Shown here: positions 59,394-61,440 of the stretch, in pieces | Layout of the letters: every line of letters starts with the position of its first letter | How positions within the stretch are numbered: position 1 is the first letter of the stretch | NCBI GenBank assembly: GCA_040878325.1 | Contig: JBBDMM010000013.1 | Coordinates: 1-61,440, forward strand | Direction: 5' to 3' | Source: Acidimicrobiia bacterium | GTDB taxonomy: Bacteria > Actinomycetota > Acidimicrobiia > Spongiisociales > UBA11373 | DNA: 61,440 nucleotides | Made by a program: the position numbers and the translations under genes | Notes under the pieces: generated by a model | Told to the model about the DNA's origin: nothing | The model's database searches: none | Seen by the model: the letters and a program-made list of their open reading frames with translations, nothing else

Positions 59394-59453
59394 GGTGGCA
59401 GGTGGCAGGCGGCAGGCGGTTCCCCTGCGACCTGCTCCCTGCGACCTGCGGCC
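59394..59453. repeat. Inverted heptamer-arm element (different unit sequence)
   Basis: GGTGGCA GGTGGCA GGCGGCA GGCGG ... CCTGCGA CCTGCTC CCTGCGA CCTGCGG. Confidence 0.8.
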
Positions 59454-59600
59454 TTAGGAAGGAGGAAACGGGGCCGCGCACCCACCCGCCGCACGGGGTG
59501 CGATCATCTGGGGATGAGTGAGTTCGATGGTGCGCGGGGCGCTGTCTCCGAGCGGGGGCTGGTGGGTGTTGCGTCCGAGCACCTCACCGGAGAAGTGGCG

Positions 59601-60593
59601 ATGCATCTGCCGTTCGAATCGCTGGGTGCCTTCAAGACCGCGCTGAAGCGGTTCTTTTCGAATGCGCCGTGGACCGATGAAGACGCCAGGGGCTTGTCCG
59701 ATCTGGTCACGCCCCATCTCGACACGGGATGGTGGGAGCACGAACTCGGTGAGGAACTCACCCTCCGTCACGGGGTTCGGGAAGGCCGCTACCGGATCGA
59801 GGTGACCGGCGCCGGCGGCACCTCTACCTCGATCTTCGATCGGGCATTCTCGGGGCCGGTGGTTCCGGAACAGACCCCTCACCCGCGCAAGGTCATGTTC
59901 CATGTCGGCGGTGATCCCGCCCCTGGCGTATGGCACCGCCGGGGGGAAGAAGTCGACGACCCCCGGGTGGCCACGCTCTTGGAGGACCCCGAAGTCACCG
60001 ACGTGATGGTGGCCGGCGACTTCGTCACGATCGGCCTGTCGGCCCGAGCCTCGTGGGAGGACCGCCTCGAGGACCTCCTGGCCACGGTGACGGGGCTGTT
60101 CTGGAGGGGGCAGTCCACCACCCCCCCGGCGCGCACCCGGGACGAGTTGTTGGACGAGGCGGGACACCTCAAGTCGAGTCGGCCGGAGCATCTCCACCTG
60201 ATGGACCCCGACTCGCCGGAGCAGCGCGAAATTCTGATCGAGGCGCTGGGATCCACCGATCCACGGACCCGGCGGGCCGCGGTGGTGACCCTGGCATTGT
60301 CTGGCGAGCAGCCGGTGGCCGAGGCGGCAGTGGTCACCGGCTTCGCCGATCGATCGCTGATGGTCCGGCGAGCGGCAGTCGACGCCGCGGCCGACCTCGA
60401 GGACGAGGCCTTCCGACCCCTCTTCGAGGAGGCACTCTTCGACTCTGATCCATGGATCAGATGGCGGGCGGTGCGGGCGATCGGTGTTATCGGCGTCGAC
60501 CCGAGCGTCGAGGGTCTGATGCTGGCGGCCGTCGACGAGGACTTCCGCGTTCGATTCGAGGCTGCGGCGGCCCTCCAAGGGAGCCGGGCGTGA
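59601..60593 (+). CDS. Nfu/NifU N-terminal domain + HEAT-repeat protein (start may be 59514)
   Basis: PEQTPHPRKVMF...VTDVMVAGDFVTI...W matches Nfu_N, followed by HEAT-like repeats (DPRTRRAAV, LMVRRAAV, DPWIRWRAV, DFRVRFEAA). Confidence 0.8.
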   Translation: MHLPFESLGAFKTALKRFFSNAPWTDEDARGLSDLVTPHLDTGWWEHELGEELTLRHGVREGRYRIEVTGAGGTSTSIFDRAFSGPVVPEQTPHPRKVMFHVGGDPAPGVWHRRGEEVDDPRVATLLEDPEVTDVMVAGDFVTIGLSARASWEDRLEDLLATVTGLFWRGQSTTPPARTRDELLDEAGHLKSSRPEHLHLMDPDSPEQREILIEALGSTDPRTRRAAVVTLALSGEQPVAEAAVVTGFADRSLMVRRAAVDAAADLEDEAFRPLFEEALFDSDPWIRWRAVRAIGVIGVDPSVEGLMLAAVDEDFRVRFEAAAALQGSRA

Positions 60594-61324
60594 GCTTCCC
60601 ATTCGGGACCGCCCTGAACGTCTTGACGGTGGTCGTCGGCACGGTCATTGGCGCGATGGCGGGTGCCCGTATCCCGGTCCGCATTCGGGAAACCGTGATG
60701 ATCACCCTCGGCTTGCTGACCGCGGCGATCGGGGTCCGTGAGTTGCTCCCGACCGAGGAGTTCCCACTCGTGCTCGGTGCGGTGCTGCTCGGCGCCGTCA
60801 TCGGCGAGTTTCTGCGGATCGAGGCGGGCCTCCACTTCCTCGGTGATGCGCTGCAGCGGCGCTTCGGTGGTGGCGACCAGCCGCTCGAGATCGCCGTGCC
60901 CGCAACCACGGTGCCTGCCCCGCACCGGGCCAGGTTCAGCGAGGGATTCGTGATCGCCTCGCTCGTCTTCTGCGTAGGGCCCCTCACCATCGTCGGATCG
61001 ATCCAGGACGGTCTGGGCGACCACGAACTGCTCATCGTCAAGGCGGGGCTCGATGGGTTCGCCGCCATCGCCTTCGCCGCCATCTATGGGTGGGGTGTGA
61101 TCCTTTCGGCCATCACCGTGGTGGTGATTCAGGGTGGGATCGCACTGGCCTCGGGCTCGCTCGAGAGCCTGTTCACCGACCCGATGCTCGATGCCCTCGG
61201 AGCCGCCGGCGGGGTGCTCCTCCTCGGGATCGCACTGCGCCTGCTGGATCTCCGCCAGGTGCGAGTGGCGAACATGCTGCCAGCCATTGTGCTGGCTCCG
61301 CTGTTTGTGAAGTGGTGGGGTTGA
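60590..61324 (+). CDS. DUF554 family membrane protein
   Basis: GTALNVLTVVVG, GFVIASLVFCVGPLTIVGSIQDGL, KAGLDG and VANMLPA. Confidence 0.93.
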   Translation: MSFPFGTALNVLTVVVGTVIGAMAGARIPVRIRETVMITLGLLTAAIGVRELLPTEEFPLVLGAVLLGAVIGEFLRIEAGLHFLGDALQRRFGGGDQPLEIAVPATTVPAPHRARFSEGFVIASLVFCVGPLTIVGSIQDGLGDHELLIVKAGLDGFAAIAFAAIYGWGVILSAITVVVIQGGIALASGSLESLFTDPMLDALGAAGGVLLLGIALRLLDLRQVRVANMLPAIVLAPLFVKWWG

Positions 61325-61385
61325 GACAGCCCCGGCCACGGCCCCAGCCCCAGCCAAACCGTGGCGGCCAGCGTTCGCCAGGTGA

Positions 61386-61440
61386 CCCAAGGCCGATGGC
61401 GCCCGCCCGGCCAGCCGGAGACTGGCCCAAGGCCGATGGC
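61386..61440. repeat. Direct repeat with a 40-bp period, cut by the window edge
   Basis: CCCAAGGCCGATGGC at 61386-61400 and 61426-61440. Confidence 0.6.

Noticed and set aside
59378..59513. T-box riboswitch upstream of trpS
   Set aside because: No T-box AGGGTGGNACCGCG motif on the minus strand. trpS appears leaderless and the structure is a heptamer-arm repeat.

Overview
High-GC actinobacterial chromosome segment, probably Acidimicrobiia (inferred from gene content and Thr-rich lipoproteins). It is mostly core genome. In order: a partial tRNA-fMet; a compact SigB/SigF-type general-stress cluster (anti-sigma kinase, sigma factor, CsbD, dodecin, small Zn-finger ORF, STAS protein, degenerate RsbW, GAF-PP2C phosphatase, 52-aa YtxH-like ORF); UPF0182, a DivIVA-domain protein and PDZ-Lon; bioY; a Liv-type ABC transporter with an embedded acyl-CoA ligase; moaE, htrA and a zinc metalloprotease; a frameshifted PAS kinase; a peroxiredoxin; DinB; a frameshifted DUF222-HNH gene; senX3-regX3 divergent from pstSCAB-phoU; sigE-rseA-rseB-like; whiB; sdhCAB; hup; mdh-arsC-icd; folD; udk; a CNNM protein; sucCD; mgtC-pcrA; an orphan CheA-REC hybrid; guaA-guaB3; trpS; Nfu_N-HEAT; DUF554. 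No CRISPR array, prophage or IS was found. The most notable signals are: (1) dispersed intergenic 7-bp-period repeats of several unrelated sequences, some with inverted arms and some with a conserved head motif; (2) a shared sigma28 (FliA/WhiG)-type promoter in front of the orphan CheA and the PAS kinase; (3) a perfectly symmetric bidirectional SigB-type promoter; (4) a DivIVA protein with a C-terminus resembling phage MuF; (5) pervasive leaderless gene architecture. All family calls come from motif recognition by eye; no database searches were run.
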